Source of the DNA: an uncultured Actinomycetota bacterium
GTDB taxonomy: Bacteria; Actinomycetota; Actinomycetes; Propionibacteriales; Nocardioidaceae
Assembly (NCBI GenBank): GCA_963830575.1
Contig: CAWHNR010000005.1
Coordinates: forward strand, 22-64,021
Length of the DNA: 64,000 bases
Direction: 5' to 3'
The notes under the pieces were generated by a model that was not told where the DNA came from, made no database searches, and was given only the letters and a program-made list of their open reading frames with translations. Shown here piece by piece: positions 32,966 to 46,651 of this stretch (position 1 is its first letter; the number at the start of each line of letters is the position of its first letter). The translations under genes and the position numbers were made by a program.

Positions 32966-33745
32966 ATGGGGTCGAGTCGCAGCCTGAGTGACGCTCGTCG
33001 TCGCGTCGAGACGGCGCGGCTGCTCTCCCGTGCCCGGGCCAGCCGCCGCGAGTCGCCGCGCCGACTACGAGGACGAGGCGATCCGCCTCAACATGGTCGT
33101 CGCCACCGACGTCGCCCGCCGCTACCACGGCCGCGGCATCGCCGACCGAGGACATCGACCAGGTCGCCTACCTCGGCCTGGTCAAGGCGGTGCGCGGGTT
33201 CGACCCCACCGTCGGCGAGGACTTCCTCAGCTACGCCGTCCCGACGCTGCGCGGCGAGATCCGGCGCTACTTCCGCGACTCCGGCTGGACCGTCCGGCCG
33301 CCGCGGTCGGTGCAGGAGGTGCAGGCCCGCGTCACCGCGGCCGACGCCGAGCTCACCCAGCGGCTCGGCCGCGCGCCGCGCCCGGCCGAGATCGCCGTCC
33401 ACCTCGACGTCCCGCTCGCCCTGGTCATCGACTCGCTCGTCGGCCACCGGCTGCTTCAGCCCCGTCTCCCTCGACGCCCCCCGCACCGACGACGAGGCCA
33501 CCGACTCGCCGCTCGACCGGATGGGCGGGCCTCGACCCGGCCTTCGCCAGCGCCGAGGCACGGGTCGCGCTGCGGCCCGCTCATGGAGTCGCTGCCCGAG
33601 CGCGACCGGCGGATCATCGAGCTGCGCTACTTCGAGAACCGCACCCAGGCCCAGATCGGCGCCGAGGTCGGCGTCAGCCAGGAGCAGGTGTCGCGACTGC
33701 TGACCGGCATCCTGCGCAAGCTGCGCGGCCTCGCTCGCCGCCTGA
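32966..33745 (+). CDS. SigB/SigF-type alternative sigma factor
   Basis: DIDQVAYLGLVKAVRGFDP, FLSYAVPTLRGEIRRYFRD, TQAQIGAEVGVSQEQVSRLL; frameshifted. Confidence 0.87.
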
Positions 33746-33747
33746 GC

Positions 33748-34628
33748 TCACTCGGGGAAGATCCGCGGTGCCTGCGACGCCTTGCCGGTGAACACCGGCG
33801 TCCGCTTCTCCAGGAACGCCGCCACGCCCTCCTTGCCGTCGCCGACGGAGGCGTGCCACATGGCGAGCGAGTCCGACGAGGTGCGCCTCGAGCGGGTGGT
33901 CGGCCGCGCTGTTGCGGTAGACGCAGCTGCTTGGCCAGCGCCAGGGCGACCGGGGAGCGGTCGACGACGAACGAGCGCGCGAGCTCGAGGGCGGCCGGCA
34001 GCAGCTCGTCGGGCTCGTGGACCGAGCGCACCAGGCCGGCCGGCGTGGGCGACTGCTCGGCGGTGAGGATGTCGGCGGAGTAGACCCACTCCAGGGCCTG
34101 CTGGCAGCCCGACGATGCGCGGCAGGAACCAGGTCGACGCGGCCTCGGGGACGATGCCGAGGCGGCCGAACACGAACCCGATCCGGGCCTTGGTCGAGGC
34201 CAGGCGCAGGTCCATCGCGAGGGTCATGGTGGCGCCGATGCCGACGGCGGCGCCGTTGATCGCGGCGATGACGGGCTTGGGCAGCGCGTGGATCGCGAGC
34301 GTGACCTTGCCGCCGGTGTCGCGGACGCCGTCGGCGTAGGCCGGGTCGTCGAGGCGCTCGCGGATCGACTCGGGGGTCGGGTCGAGGGTCTCGTCGAGGC
34401 CGAACACGTTGCCCTCGGCCGAGAGGTCCATGCCGGCGCAGAACGCGCGGCCGGAGCCGGTGACCACGACGGCCCGGACGTCGTCGTCGAGCCGCCGTCG
34501 GTGGTGAAGACGTCGAGCAGCTCGCGCGCCATCGTGAGGTCGAAGGCGTTGAGCGCGTCGGGGCGGTGGAGGGTCAGCGTGGCGACGCCGTCGGCGTCGA
34601 CCGCCCAGTGGAGGGTCTGGTAGCTCAT
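33748..34628 (-). CDS. Crotonase/enoyl-CoA hydratase family protein
   Basis: LTLHRPDALNAF, GRAFCAGMDL, KPVIAAINGAAVGIG, GIVPEAAS. Confidence 0.9.
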
Positions 34629-34643
34629 GGCCCGTCCGTCATC

Positions 34644-35958
34644 TCAGCGCACGATCCCGTTGGGGGTGCACTGCTGCGTCGGTGATGTCGTCGGTCTGGT
34701 CGTCGATGATCGCCTGGAACAGCGGGTCGGCGCGGTCGCGGTCCCACGTGGTGGCCGAGAGGTCGGTGACCGGCATCGTGCAGGTGCAGGTTGCCGCCGC
34801 TTGCCGGTGCCCGTCATCGCCAGCGCCCAGCGGCTGGCGTCGATCGACGCTCATGCCCGTCGCCGAAGCCGAAGAACGACGGCACCGCGTGGTTGAGGCC
34901 GCCACCAGCGCACCGGGTTGACCACCGACCAGGGCGAGAGCACCTTGTCGCCGATCGGCGCCGATCACCTCGCGCTGGCGGCGCACGCGCTCGAGGTCGC
35001 CGAGCGTCGACTGCTTGCGCGAGCGCGAGTAGGCCAGCGCCGTCGCGCCGTCGACCTCCTGGCAGCCCTTCTTGATGTCGAGCCCGGCGAGGGGGTCCTT
35101 GAGCCGCTCGCGCGGGCAGACCTCGATGCCGCCGACGGCGTCGACCACGTCGGCGACGCCGCCCAGGCCGATCTCGACGTACTGGTCGATGCGGATGCCG
35201 GTCTCGTTCTCGAGCACGCGGGTCAGCAGCTGCGGCGCCGCCGCGGGAGTAGGCGCCGTTGATCTTGCCGGAGTAGCCGGCATGTCGACGATGGGTGTCG
35301 CGCGGGATCGAGAGCAGCACGCTGGGCCGTCGCCGGTGTGCAGGAGCAGGATCGTGTCGGTGAGCTCCGACTGCTCGGGTTGCCGGTGCTGAGCTTCTTG
35401 CGCTCGCTCCTCGGTCAGGTCGCTGCGCGAGTCGCTGCCGACCAGGAGGTAGGTCGTGCCGTCCTGGTCGCCGGGGCGCTCGTCCGTCGGGCGCGAAGGC
35501 GACCTGGTCGGCGCTCTTCCAGGTGACGAACGGCACCGCGACGATGTAGACGACCGAACAGGAGCAGCAGCAGCAGGACGGTGCGGATCTAGAACCGCGG
35601 GCCGGCGCAGCCGGCGCGCCCAGAACCCGCCGCCCGTGCCGACCGCCGCCGGCGCCGGGCGGCGGCGGCTGCGGCCGGGACGCCGTACGGGGCGTGGGCG
35701 TCGGGGCCGGTGCGGGCCGGCGCGGCGCGGGCCGGTGGCCCGAGGCGGGGCGGGCTCGGCTGCCCGGGCGCTGCTGCGGACGGGGCTGCACGCGGGATCG
35801 GCCGGGTGGCCTCGGGCGGCGGCTGCTCGCCGCCGCCGCCGGGCCGCCGTAGAGCCAGCCGAACTCCGGCCCGTCGCCGGGGCCCGTCGTCCGGGCTCGC
35901 CGGTGACGCGAGACGCTACCGTTCGATGCGTCCGAGACGCTGACCGTCGACGGCCCAT
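34644..35958 (-). CDS. LCP (LytR-CpsA-Psr) family glycopolymer-peptidoglycan ligase
   Basis: Pro-rich N-terminus, TM, YLLVGSDSR, TDTILLLH, SIPRD, ALAYSRSRK, DLERVRRQR. Confidence 0.85.
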
Positions 35959-35967
35959 GGTCGAGCT

Positions 35968-36477
35968 ATGACCGGGTCAGCCCGCCGTCGTTCGCGCGGG
36001 TCTCGCTGGCCGTGATGATGTCCGGCCGCGAGGCCAACCTGCTCGGCAACATCCACGGCGGCGAGATCGTCAAGCTCGCCGACTCCACCGCCGGCGCGGT
36101 CGCCCAGCGGCACAGCGGCGGTCCGGCCGTCACCGCGGCCCTCGACGAGATGGCGTTCCTGGCGCCGGTCCACGTCGGCGACATCCTGCGCACCTACGCC
36201 CAGGTCAACTGGGCCGGGCGCACGTCGATGGAGGTCGGCGTCCGCGTCGAGGCGCAGCCGTGGAACGACCCGTCGACCGACGCGCTGCACGTCGCCTCGG
36301 CGTACTTCGTGTTCGTGGCGATCGACGCCGACGGCCGGCCGCGCGACATCCCGCCGCTGCTGCCCGAGAGCGCCCGACGAGGTGCGGCGCGCACCGCGAG
36401 GCCGAGATCCGCCGCGCCCACCGGCTGGCGAAGAAGCAGGAGATCGAGTCGGCGACGCAGCTGCCGGGGCAGCCTGA
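35968..36477 (+). CDS. Acyl-CoA thioesterase (hotdog fold)
   Basis: ANLLGNIHGGEIVKLAD, FLAPVHVGD, GRTSMEVGVRV. Confidence 0.88.
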
Positions 36478-36516
36478 ACCGACTCGGCGGCCGCGATCGG
36501 CGCGTCACGACGCCTG

Positions 36517-36540
36517 TGTGACGCGTGTGACTGGTGATAC
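36517..36540. promoter_or_regulatory. TGTGAC direct repeats at a 9-bp period (MtrA-like)
   Basis: TGTGAC-gcg-TGTGAC-tgg-TGATAC upstream of the LCP gene. Confidence 0.45.
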
Positions 36541-36583
36541 TGGCGAGCAGTCTGCTTCCTTCCCCAGCAGAAAGCTCCGCCTG

Positions 36584-38046
36584 ATGTCTGCCGTCTGCTC
36601 ACCGTCCGCCTCTCGCCCGTCGTCCCCGCTCGCCGAGCGCGCCGCCCAGGTGCGGTTCCGCCGCGCCCTGTCGCTGATGGCGATGACCCTGGTCGCCCCC
36701 GGCTCCGCCCAGCTGGTCGCCGGCAACCGCCGGGTCGGCCTGGTCGCCTTCCGCACCTGGCTCGGCCTGCTGGTCGGCGGCGCCGCTCGCTCGTGGTCGC
36801 CGTCGCGTCGACCACGGCTCGGCGCTCTGGCATGGCGGTCAACCCGACGCCCTGCTGTTCTGGCTCAACCTCGGTGCTGATGGCGCTCGCCGTCGGCTGG
36901 GCGGCGCTGTTCTTCGACGCCTGGCGCATCGGGCAGCCGCTGACCTACTCGATGGGCCACCGCCGGCTCGCGGTCGGCGTCAACGGCCTGCTCGCTCTCG
37001 GCGTGGCCGGCATGCTGCTGTTCAGCGCCCACATCGTCTCGCGTGCAGCGCGACTTCATCTCTGGCGACGTTCGGCGACGGCGCGGCCAGCGACGCCCAC
37101 CGACGGTCGCTACAACGTGCTGCTCATGGGCGGCGACGCCGGGGCCGGCCGCTGGGGCTCGCGCACCGACTCGATGACCGTCGCCTCGATCGACGCAGGA
37201 GACCGGCAAGACCGTGCTCATCGGCGCTGCCGCGCAACATGGCGAACTTCCCGTTCCGCAAGGGCTCGGTCATGGCCGAGCAGTTCCCCGACGGCTTCGA
37301 CTGCGACGGCTGCATGCTCAACGGCGTCAGCACCTGGGCGCAGGACAACACCGAGCTCTTCCAGGACTCCGAGGACCCCGGCGTCGACGCCACGATCATG
37401 GCGATCGAGGGCATCACCGGGCTGCGCATCAACTACTGGGCGCATGGTCAACCTCGAGGGCTTCAAGAACCTCGTCGACGCCGTCGGCGGCGTGACCCTC
37501 AACGTGCGCCAGCCCATCCCGATCGGCCTGCCCGGCGACGCCGTCACCGGCACGATCGAGCCCGGCACGCGCAAGCTCGACGGCTTCGAGACGCTCTGGT
37601 ACGCCCGGGCCCGCCAGGGCTCCGACGACTACTCGCGGATGGCGCGGCAGAAGTGCGTGATGAACGCGATGCTCGCAGCAGGTCAGCCCCGCCACGGCGC
37701 TGCGCAACTTCGAGGACATCGCCAAGGCGACCTCCGACATGGTGCAGACCAACGTGCCGGCCTCCGAGCTCGACACGCTTCCTCGAGCTCGCGCTCAAGG
37801 CCAGAGCCAGAAGGTCGCCACCCTCTCGCTCGTGCCGCCGATGATCGTCACCGGCCCACCCCGACATCAAGCTCATCCACCGCAAGGTCGCCGAGGCCAT
37901 CGACCGCTCCGAGGGCGACGCCCCCGCGCCGGCGAGCAAGCCGAAGCGCCGAGCAGCGACGCACCGCGGTCACCGGCGGCTCGCTCGGCACCCTCAAGGA
38001 CGGCTACGCCGCCAACCAGGCCGAGGACCTCGCCGCCAGCTGCTGA
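36584..38046 (+). CDS. LCP family protein with N-terminal TM segments
   Basis: GRYNVLLMGGDAG, SRTDSMTVASID, VNLEGFKNLVDAVGGV, LWYARAR..SDDYSRMARQKC. Confidence 0.87.
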
Positions 38047-38074
38047 CCGGGACGCTCAGTGGCCGGTGGGCGCC

Positions 38075-38863
38075 TCAGCGCTGCTCGGTCGACAGCGCGG
38101 TCGATACGTCGTACCACCGCGTCGGCGCGCCGCGACCAGCCACCGGCGGTGCTCGCCGCGCGGGTCGTAGTCGGCCCCGCCGCGGTGGCGCAGCACGCCG
38201 CCGGCCTCGGTGAGCAGCAGCTGGCCCGGCGCGTGGTCCCAGGGCTTGGTCGACTTGTAGAGCAGCGCGTCGCAGCGGCCCTCGACCAGCCGCGGGTAGT
38301 CGACGCCGCACGAGACCCAGGACATGCGTCAGCTCGGGGAACGGTCCCAGCGCCGGCGCCCGACCCACGAGCGGCGCGAGGTGCGCACGCGCCAGCGTCG
38401 GCCGGGCCGCTCGGGGCGGTGGTCGTGAGCCGCTCGCCGTTGCGGCACGCAGCCGGCGCCGCGCTCGGCGACGTACATCAGCTCGTGCTGCGGCTGCCAG
38501 ATCCAGGCCCGGACCACCTCGCCCGCGCGCAGCTCGGAGGCCATCACGGCGTGGTCGGGGGAGCCGTGCACGAAGTTCTTGGTGCCGTCGACCGGGTCGA
38601 CGGTGAAGGAGTGCTCGGCGGCGGCGTAGCGCTCGAGGACCGACGGGTCGTCGGCGGAGGCCTCCTCGCCGAGCACCACGGCGTCGGGGTAGGCCGCGCA
38701 GCAGCGCGTCGGTGATGAGCACCTCGGCCTCGCGGTCGGCGACGGTGACCAGGTCGCCGGGGTTCTTCTCGGTGATGTCGTCGGCGTCCAGCGACCGGAA
38801 GCGCGGCGTGATCACCTCGGCCGCGACGTCCTGGAGGAGGGCGGTGATGTCGTCGGTCTCCAC
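38075..38863 (-). CDS. Inositol monophosphatase family protein
   Basis: DLVTVADREAE, VLGEE, VDPVDGTKNF, KPWDHAPG. Confidence 0.88.
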   Translation of the reverse strand: METDDITALLQDVAAEVITPRFRSLDADDITEKNPGDLVTVADREAEVLITDALLRGLPRRRGARRGGLRRRPVGPRALRRRRALLHRRPGRRHQELRARLPRPRRDGLRAARGRGGPGLDLAAAARADVRRRARRRLRAATASGSRPPPRAARPTLARAHLAPLVGRAPALGPFPELTHVLGLVRRRLPAAGRGPLRRAALQVDQALGPRAGPAAAHRGRRRAAPPRRGRLRPARRAPPVAGRGAPTRWYDVSTALSTEQR

Positions 38864-38894
38864 GCGTCCACACTAGGGTTCGGGGCGTGCGGAG

Positions 38895-39802
38895 GTGACG
38901 GCGGTGGTGGTGACGTTCAACCGCCTCCCCCTCCTGCAGCGCCTGGTCGCCCGGCTGCGCGAGGAGCCGCGGCGTCGCCGAGATCCTCGTCGTCGACAAC
39001 GCCTCGACCGACGGCACCGGCGCCTGGCTCGCCGCTCAGGACGGCGTCGACCGCGTCGTCGCGCGCACCCTCGCCGACAACACCGGCGGGGCCGGCGGCT
39101 TCGCCGACGGGCTCGGCTGGGCGCTCGAGCGCGGCGCCGACCTGGTCTGGCTGATGGACGACGACGGCCTGCCCGACAGCCGGGCTGCCTCGGCCGGCTC
39201 CTCGAGCACGACGGCGACCTCGACTTCTGGGGCCCGGCGGTGCTGGCCGAGCAGGACCCCGAGCCGGCTGTGCTTCCCGATCCGGCTGCCCGGCGGCACC
39301 ACGCGTCGTGCACCGGATGGCCGAGGTCGAGGCGGCCGCGCGTCGACGGACTCGTGCCCGGCGTCGTCATCCCGTTCAACGGCGTCCTGGTCACCCGCGA
39401 GCTGGTCGAGCGCATCGGCGTGCCCCGCGCGGAGTTCTTCATCTGGGGCGACGACGTCGAGTACCTCTGGCGCGCCGAGCGCGCCGGCGCCCGCATCGCC
39501 ACCGTCGTCGACGCCCACTTCCGCCACCCGGCCACCGACGACCTCGGCACGCCGATGATGGTCGGCCGCACGACGTACAACCACACGCCGAGCGACCTCA
39601 AGCACTACTGCATGGCGCGCAACAACACCGTCAACCTGCGCACCTACCGCGGCTGGCCGCACGTGCTGATGTTCTGGGTCAAGACCGTGTGGTTCTACCT
39701 GCTCACCCGTCGCCGAGCCGGGCCGGATCGCGACTCAGCGCGCGGGCGGCGTACGCCGGTCTGCGCGGCGACTTCACCGGCCACCGGAGGTACCTGCCGT
39801 GA
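38895..39802 (+). CDS. GT2 glycosyltransferase (GlfT1-like galactofuranosyltransferase)
   Basis: VVVTFNR, VVDNASTDGT, NTGGAGGF, WLMDDDG, PFNGVL, FFIWGDDVEY. Confidence 0.82.
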
Positions 39803-40734
39803 GCGGCCCGGCGAGACGCGTCGCCGTCGTCGTCGTCACCTACAACCGCGCCGACCTGCTCGCCCGCGTGCTCGACGGGCTCGCCGCCCAGACCCGCGTG
39901 CCGGACCTCGTCGTCGTGGTCGACAACGCCAGCACCGACCACACCCGCGCCGTCCTCGACGCCGCGACCAGCCGGCCTGGCGCTCGAGCGGATCCACCTC
40001 GACGACAACACCGGGGGAGCGGGCGGCTTCCACCGTCGGCGTGCGCACGGCCTACGAGCGCGGCCTCGACCGGATCTGGCTCATCGACGACGACGTCGTC
40101 CCGCCCCCGACTGCCTCGCCGTGCTGATGGCGCACGACGAGGCCTGCCTGACCTCGGTGCGCGAGGACCTGTCGGGCGCCCTGGTCGAGAAGGCCGCCAC
40201 CCGCTTCGACCTCGCAACCCGCTGGCGATCAAGCCCAAGACCGCCATGGTCGAGACCGACTACGGCACCCGCGCCGCCATGCCCGAGCGCGTCGAGGTCG
40301 AGAACGTCGCCTTCGAGGGCTTCCTGGTCCGCCGCGAGGTCGTCACCGCGATCGGCCTGCCCGACCCGGCCTACTTCATCTTCTACGACGACTCGACTAC
40401 GCCCTGCGCGCCCGCCGCGCCGGCTACCGCATCTGGGCGGTCCGCGACGCCGTCCTGGTGCGCCAGCTGTCCTTCGACCAGCAGCACGACCTGGCCGGCT
40501 GGAAGGGCTACTACATGTACCGCAACCTCTTCGTCGTCCACCGCCGCTACGGCGACCAACGCGCTGGTGCGGCTCAAGCCGTGGCTGGTCGCGCTCGTGG
40601 TGGTGCTGCTCAGCCCGCTGCGCGGCGGGCCGCGCCGAGGCCCGCAACGTGCGTGCGCGCCGTCCGCGACGCGCGCGGCGCTCGCCGAGCTCTCTCCCGA
40701 GGCCCGCCCGCCGATGTCATCATCTGCGCCATGA
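39799..40734 (+). CDS. GT2 glycosyltransferase (paralog of the upstream gene)
   Basis: VVVTYNR, VVDNASTD, WLIDDDV, FEGFLV, GLPDPAYFIFYDD, YYMYRN. Confidence 0.82.
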   Translation: MSGPARRVAVVVVTYNRADLLARVLDGLAAQTRVPDLVVVVDNASTDHTRAVLDAATSRPGARADPPRRQHRGSGRLPPSACARPTSAASTGSGSSTTTSSRPRLPRRADGARRGLPDLGARGPVGRPGREGRHPLRPRNPLAIKPKTAMVETDYGTRAAMPERVEVENVAFEGFLVRREVVTAIGLPDPAYFIFYDDSTTPCAPAAPATASGRSATPSWCASCPSTSSTTWPAGRATTCTATSSSSTAATATNALVRLKPWLVALVVVLLSPLRGGPRRGPQRACAPSATRAALAELSPEARPPMSSSAP

Positions 40735-41137
40735 CCGACGTCACGAGCGACGCGCCTCGCGCACCGTCATCACCTTCGGCACCTTCGACGTCTTCCACGT
40801 CGGCCACCTCCGCATCGTCGAGCGGGCCGAGCGGCGCTGGGCGGACCGCCTGGTCGTCGGCGTCTCCTCGCGACGCCCTCAACCTGTCGAAGAAGGACCG
40901 GGCGCCGGTGTTCACCGAGGAGGAGCGGATGTCGATCATCGGTGCGCTCAAGGCGGTCGACGAGGTCGTCCCTCGACCGGAGACGTCCTCGAGCTCAAGC
41001 GCCACTGCCGTCGAGCAAGTACTCCGCCGGACGTGCTCGTCGATGAGGCGTCGACTGGGAGGGCCGCTTCGACCGAGCTGGGTGACGTGTGCGAGGTCGT
41101 CTACCTGCCGCGACGCCCGCCATCTCGACGACCGCGA

Positions 41138-41165
<28 letters not shown>
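40731..41165 (+). CDS. TagD-like (glycerol-3-phosphate-type) cytidylyltransferase
   Basis: VITFGTFDVFHVGHL (HxGH), LVVGVSS, CEVVYLPR, ISTT. Confidence 0.82.
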
Positions 41166-43771
<2,606 letters not shown>

Positions 43772-43781
43772 ACCGTCGGGG

Positions 43782-44936
43782 TCAGCCGTCGGAGCCCGTC
43801 ATCGTCTCGGGCAGCGGGGTGGGCGGCGTGTAGGTGCCGGTCGCGACGACGAGCGGGTGGTCGGTGATGCCCCGCGCCCGGACGCTGTCGTCGCGGGAGT
43901 AGCCGGACCACACGATGCCGGCGGTGCCGAAGATGTGGTCGATGCCGATCTTGGACGGGGGCTGGCACGGCGGGCCGCCGAAGCCGCCGTTGGCCGAGGT
44001 CATCGCGGCGCCGGCGGTGACCATGCAGTAGGCCTGGTCGCGCTCGTTGAAGTCGCCCATGAGCACGACCGGGATCCCGGTCGCCTGCATCTCGTTCGCC
44101 AGGGCGATCTGGATGCGGGTGGCCGTGACGCGGTGGCGGTCGTTGTTGCCCCGTCGGGGGTTGCTCGTGGGGTTGTGCACGCTGATGAAGTACATCTGCT
44201 GGCCGGTGACGCGGTGCTGCAGCAGCGCCCACGGCATCGGCGCGGGGTTCCCGTGGAAGTAGGGGATGTTGCGGAAGCCGCCGTCGACGTAGGCCCAGGT
44301 GTCCTCGCGCCAGGCCAGGGCGTCGCGCGCCCGGGAGTCGGCGACGTGGTAGCTCCACCGCCCCGCGGTGGCCCGGAGGAACGCGCCCTTCTGGACCTGC
44401 TCGAACTCCTGCAGCGCCACCACGTCGATGTTCTGGGCGCGCAGCGCCCGGACGGCGCCGGCCATCCGGGACGTGCCCGAGGCGTAGCCGGGCTTGTTGC
44501 CCCGCGCGGCCGTGTGGGAGTCGCCGAGGACGTTGAAGCTGGCGGCGCGGAACGTGGTGGGCACGACCTCGACGACGTCCTCGTCGTCGGCCTGGTCGGC
44601 CAGTCGCTCGGCGAGCCTGACCAGGGTGCCCCGGGTCGTCTCGGCCCGGTTGCGCTTGCGGTTCTCGTGCTTCGTCCGGGGCGAGATCCGCGGAGCCGGG
44701 TTGGTGGTCGTCGCCTCCGAGGGGCTCTCGGTGGCGGTCGGCGTGGTGGGCTCCGGCGTCGGCACCACCTGGGTGGCGGCGCCCTCGGAGGTCGGGTCGA
44801 TCGCCGCGTCGTCACCGGCACCCCGGGTCAGCACGAAGCCGGCAGCGGCGAGGAGGGCGACCACGGTGACACCGGTGACCGCCGACCGGCGGACGCGGTC
44901 GGCCATGCCTGGACGCAGCACGCGCTTGCCAGTCAC
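43782..44936 (-). CDS. Membrane-anchored endonuclease/exonuclease/phosphatase (EEP) family protein
   Basis: TM plus PT linker; SFNVLG, ALQE, LMGDFN, IDHIFG, TDHPLV. Confidence 0.85.
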   Translation of the reverse strand: MTGKRVLRPGMADRVRRSAVTGVTVVALLAAAGFVLTRGAGDDAAIDPTSEGAATQVVPTPEPTTPTATESPSEATTTNPAPRISPRTKHENRKRNRAETTRGTLVRLAERLADQADDEDVVEVVPTTFRAASFNVLGDSHTAARGNKPGYASGTSRMAGAVRALRAQNIDVVALQEFEQVQKGAFLRATAGRWSYHVADSRARDALAWREDTWAYVDGGFRNIPYFHGNPAPMPWALLQHRVTGQQMYFISVHNPTSNPRRGNNDRHRVTATRIQIALANEMQATGIPVVLMGDFNERDQAYCMVTAGAAMTSANGGFGGPPCQPPSKIGIDHIFGTAGIVWSGYSRDDSVRARGITDHPLVVATGTYTPPTPLPETMTGSDG

Positions 44937-45166
44937 CAGCCTGCCCCGCTCCGTGTCGTCGTCATGTCGTCGTCGTCGTCGCCGAGTGGCGAGCCTCACT
45001 GATTCTAGTCGACCCACCGTGCTCCGGGGACCACGAAGCCGAGCCTCACCCTGGTGATCGGCGGGACGCGCCCCACAGTTGAGGAATCCCTCGAACCCGA
45101 TCCCCGGCACGTATGATGGCGCCGCCCTCTTGCGGCACTCCTACACCTCACTTCCCCGGAGACCAG

Positions 45167-46651
45167 ATGCGCCGGCTTGCCCCCTTGATCGCGATCGCCG
45201 TCGTCGTCGGCGCGCTGACGACGGTGGCGCCCAGCGCCGGCGGCGCCACGAACGGTGGCGGCGCGGCCGCGGGCACGGGCTTCACCGCCGTCGCCGCCGG
45301 GAAGAGCCCCCAGGGCAGGGCCAGGCCCCCGCGCCGGCAGACCCAGGAGGCCGTCTTCAACGTCCCGAACCCGTGGGGGACCAAGGCGCAGAACTACAAC
45401 ATCGTGAGCCGCATCGCCCAGGCCATCCGCGGCGTGCCGGGCCCGACGAAGTACCACCCGAACCCGACGATCACCATCGCGACCTACCTGATGGACCACA
45501 CGGCGTCCGTGACGGCCATGATCGAGGCCTGCCAGCGGGGCGTCGACATCCGGGTGGTGCTCGACGACGACATCGTCAACCGCAACTCGCGGCGCCTCAT
45601 CTCCGCGCTCAACGGCGACAACATCCACGACACCGACGGCGACGGCAAGGCCGACTCGAAGCCCAAGACCGGTCCGTGCGGGCGCAAGCTCCGCAAGAAG
45701 CGGGACCGCGACGGCGACAAGCGCGGCTGGGGCTACGCCCAGCGCCAGCTGGTCGACGAGGACCCGGTGCTGATGTCGCGCACCCAGGCCCGCGCGAGCC
45801 TCGACCAGCCGATCACCGCCTCACGCACGTGGGGCAAGGACGGCAGCTACGTCAAGGTCTGCGACGGCGGCTGCCGCAACGCCGGCTCCGGCGGCAACAT
45901 GCACAGCAAGTTCTACCTGTTCTCCAAGACCGGCAAGTCGCGCAACGTGGTGATGATCAGCTCCTCGAACATCAACCGGGGCGGGGCCAAGCTCGGCTGG
46001 AACGACATGTACATCATGCGAGAGCGGCCCGAGAGCTACAAGTACTACCTGATGGTGCACCGTGCCCTGACCAAGGAGGTGCGGGCGAACAACCAGACGG
46101 AGTACATCGTCGACGGTCCGATCACGAGCCGGTTCTTCCCGATCCGCAAGGGCGGCAAGCGCAACGACCCGACGCTCCGCGACCTCAAGAACGTCCGGTG
46201 CACCAGCGCCTTCGGACCCACCGAGATCCACATCTCGATGTTCTTCTGGAAGGGCAGCCGGGGCAACTACCTCGTCGACCGCCTGCTCGACCTGGCGCAC
46301 AACGGGTGCCGCGTCTCGATCATCTACGGCGCCCCGTCGCGCCAGATCGCCGAGCGGCTGCGCAACGCCGCCGGGGCGGGACGCATCAACCTCTACGACT
46401 CCCGCTGGGACATGGACCTCGACGGCTACGTCGACGTCCGCACCCACGCCAAGTACCTGCTGGTCAAGGGCACCTACAAGGACGACAGCTCGGCGTTCCT
46501 GGTGAGCACCGGCTCGCAGAACTGGGTGAACGGCTCGCTGTCGCTGGGCGACGAGACCTCGGTCAACATCAACCTCAAGTCCGCCTACCAGGCGTACCGG
46601 CACAACTGGGACGTCATCCGCGCCCACTCCCGCCGCCTGCCGTACGCCTGA
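45167..46651 (+). CDS. Secreted phospholipase D-superfamily protein
   Basis: Signal peptide; two degenerate HKD motifs, MHSKFYLF...SSSNIN and THAKYLLV...TGSQNW. Confidence 0.8.
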   Translation: MRRLAPLIAIAVVVGALTTVAPSAGGATNGGGAAAGTGFTAVAAGKSPQGRARPPRRQTQEAVFNVPNPWGTKAQNYNIVSRIAQAIRGVPGPTKYHPNPTITIATYLMDHTASVTAMIEACQRGVDIRVVLDDDIVNRNSRRLISALNGDNIHDTDGDGKADSKPKTGPCGRKLRKKRDRDGDKRGWGYAQRQLVDEDPVLMSRTQARASLDQPITASRTWGKDGSYVKVCDGGCRNAGSGGNMHSKFYLFSKTGKSRNVVMISSSNINRGGAKLGWNDMYIMRERPESYKYYLMVHRALTKEVRANNQTEYIVDGPITSRFFPIRKGGKRNDPTLRDLKNVRCTSAFGPTEIHISMFFWKGSRGNYLVDRLLDLAHNGCRVSIIYGAPSRQIAERLRNAAGAGRINLYDSRWDMDLDGYVDVRTHAKYLLVKGTYKDDSSAFLVSTGSQNWVNGSLSLGDETSVNINLKSAYQAYRHNWDVIRAHSRRLPYA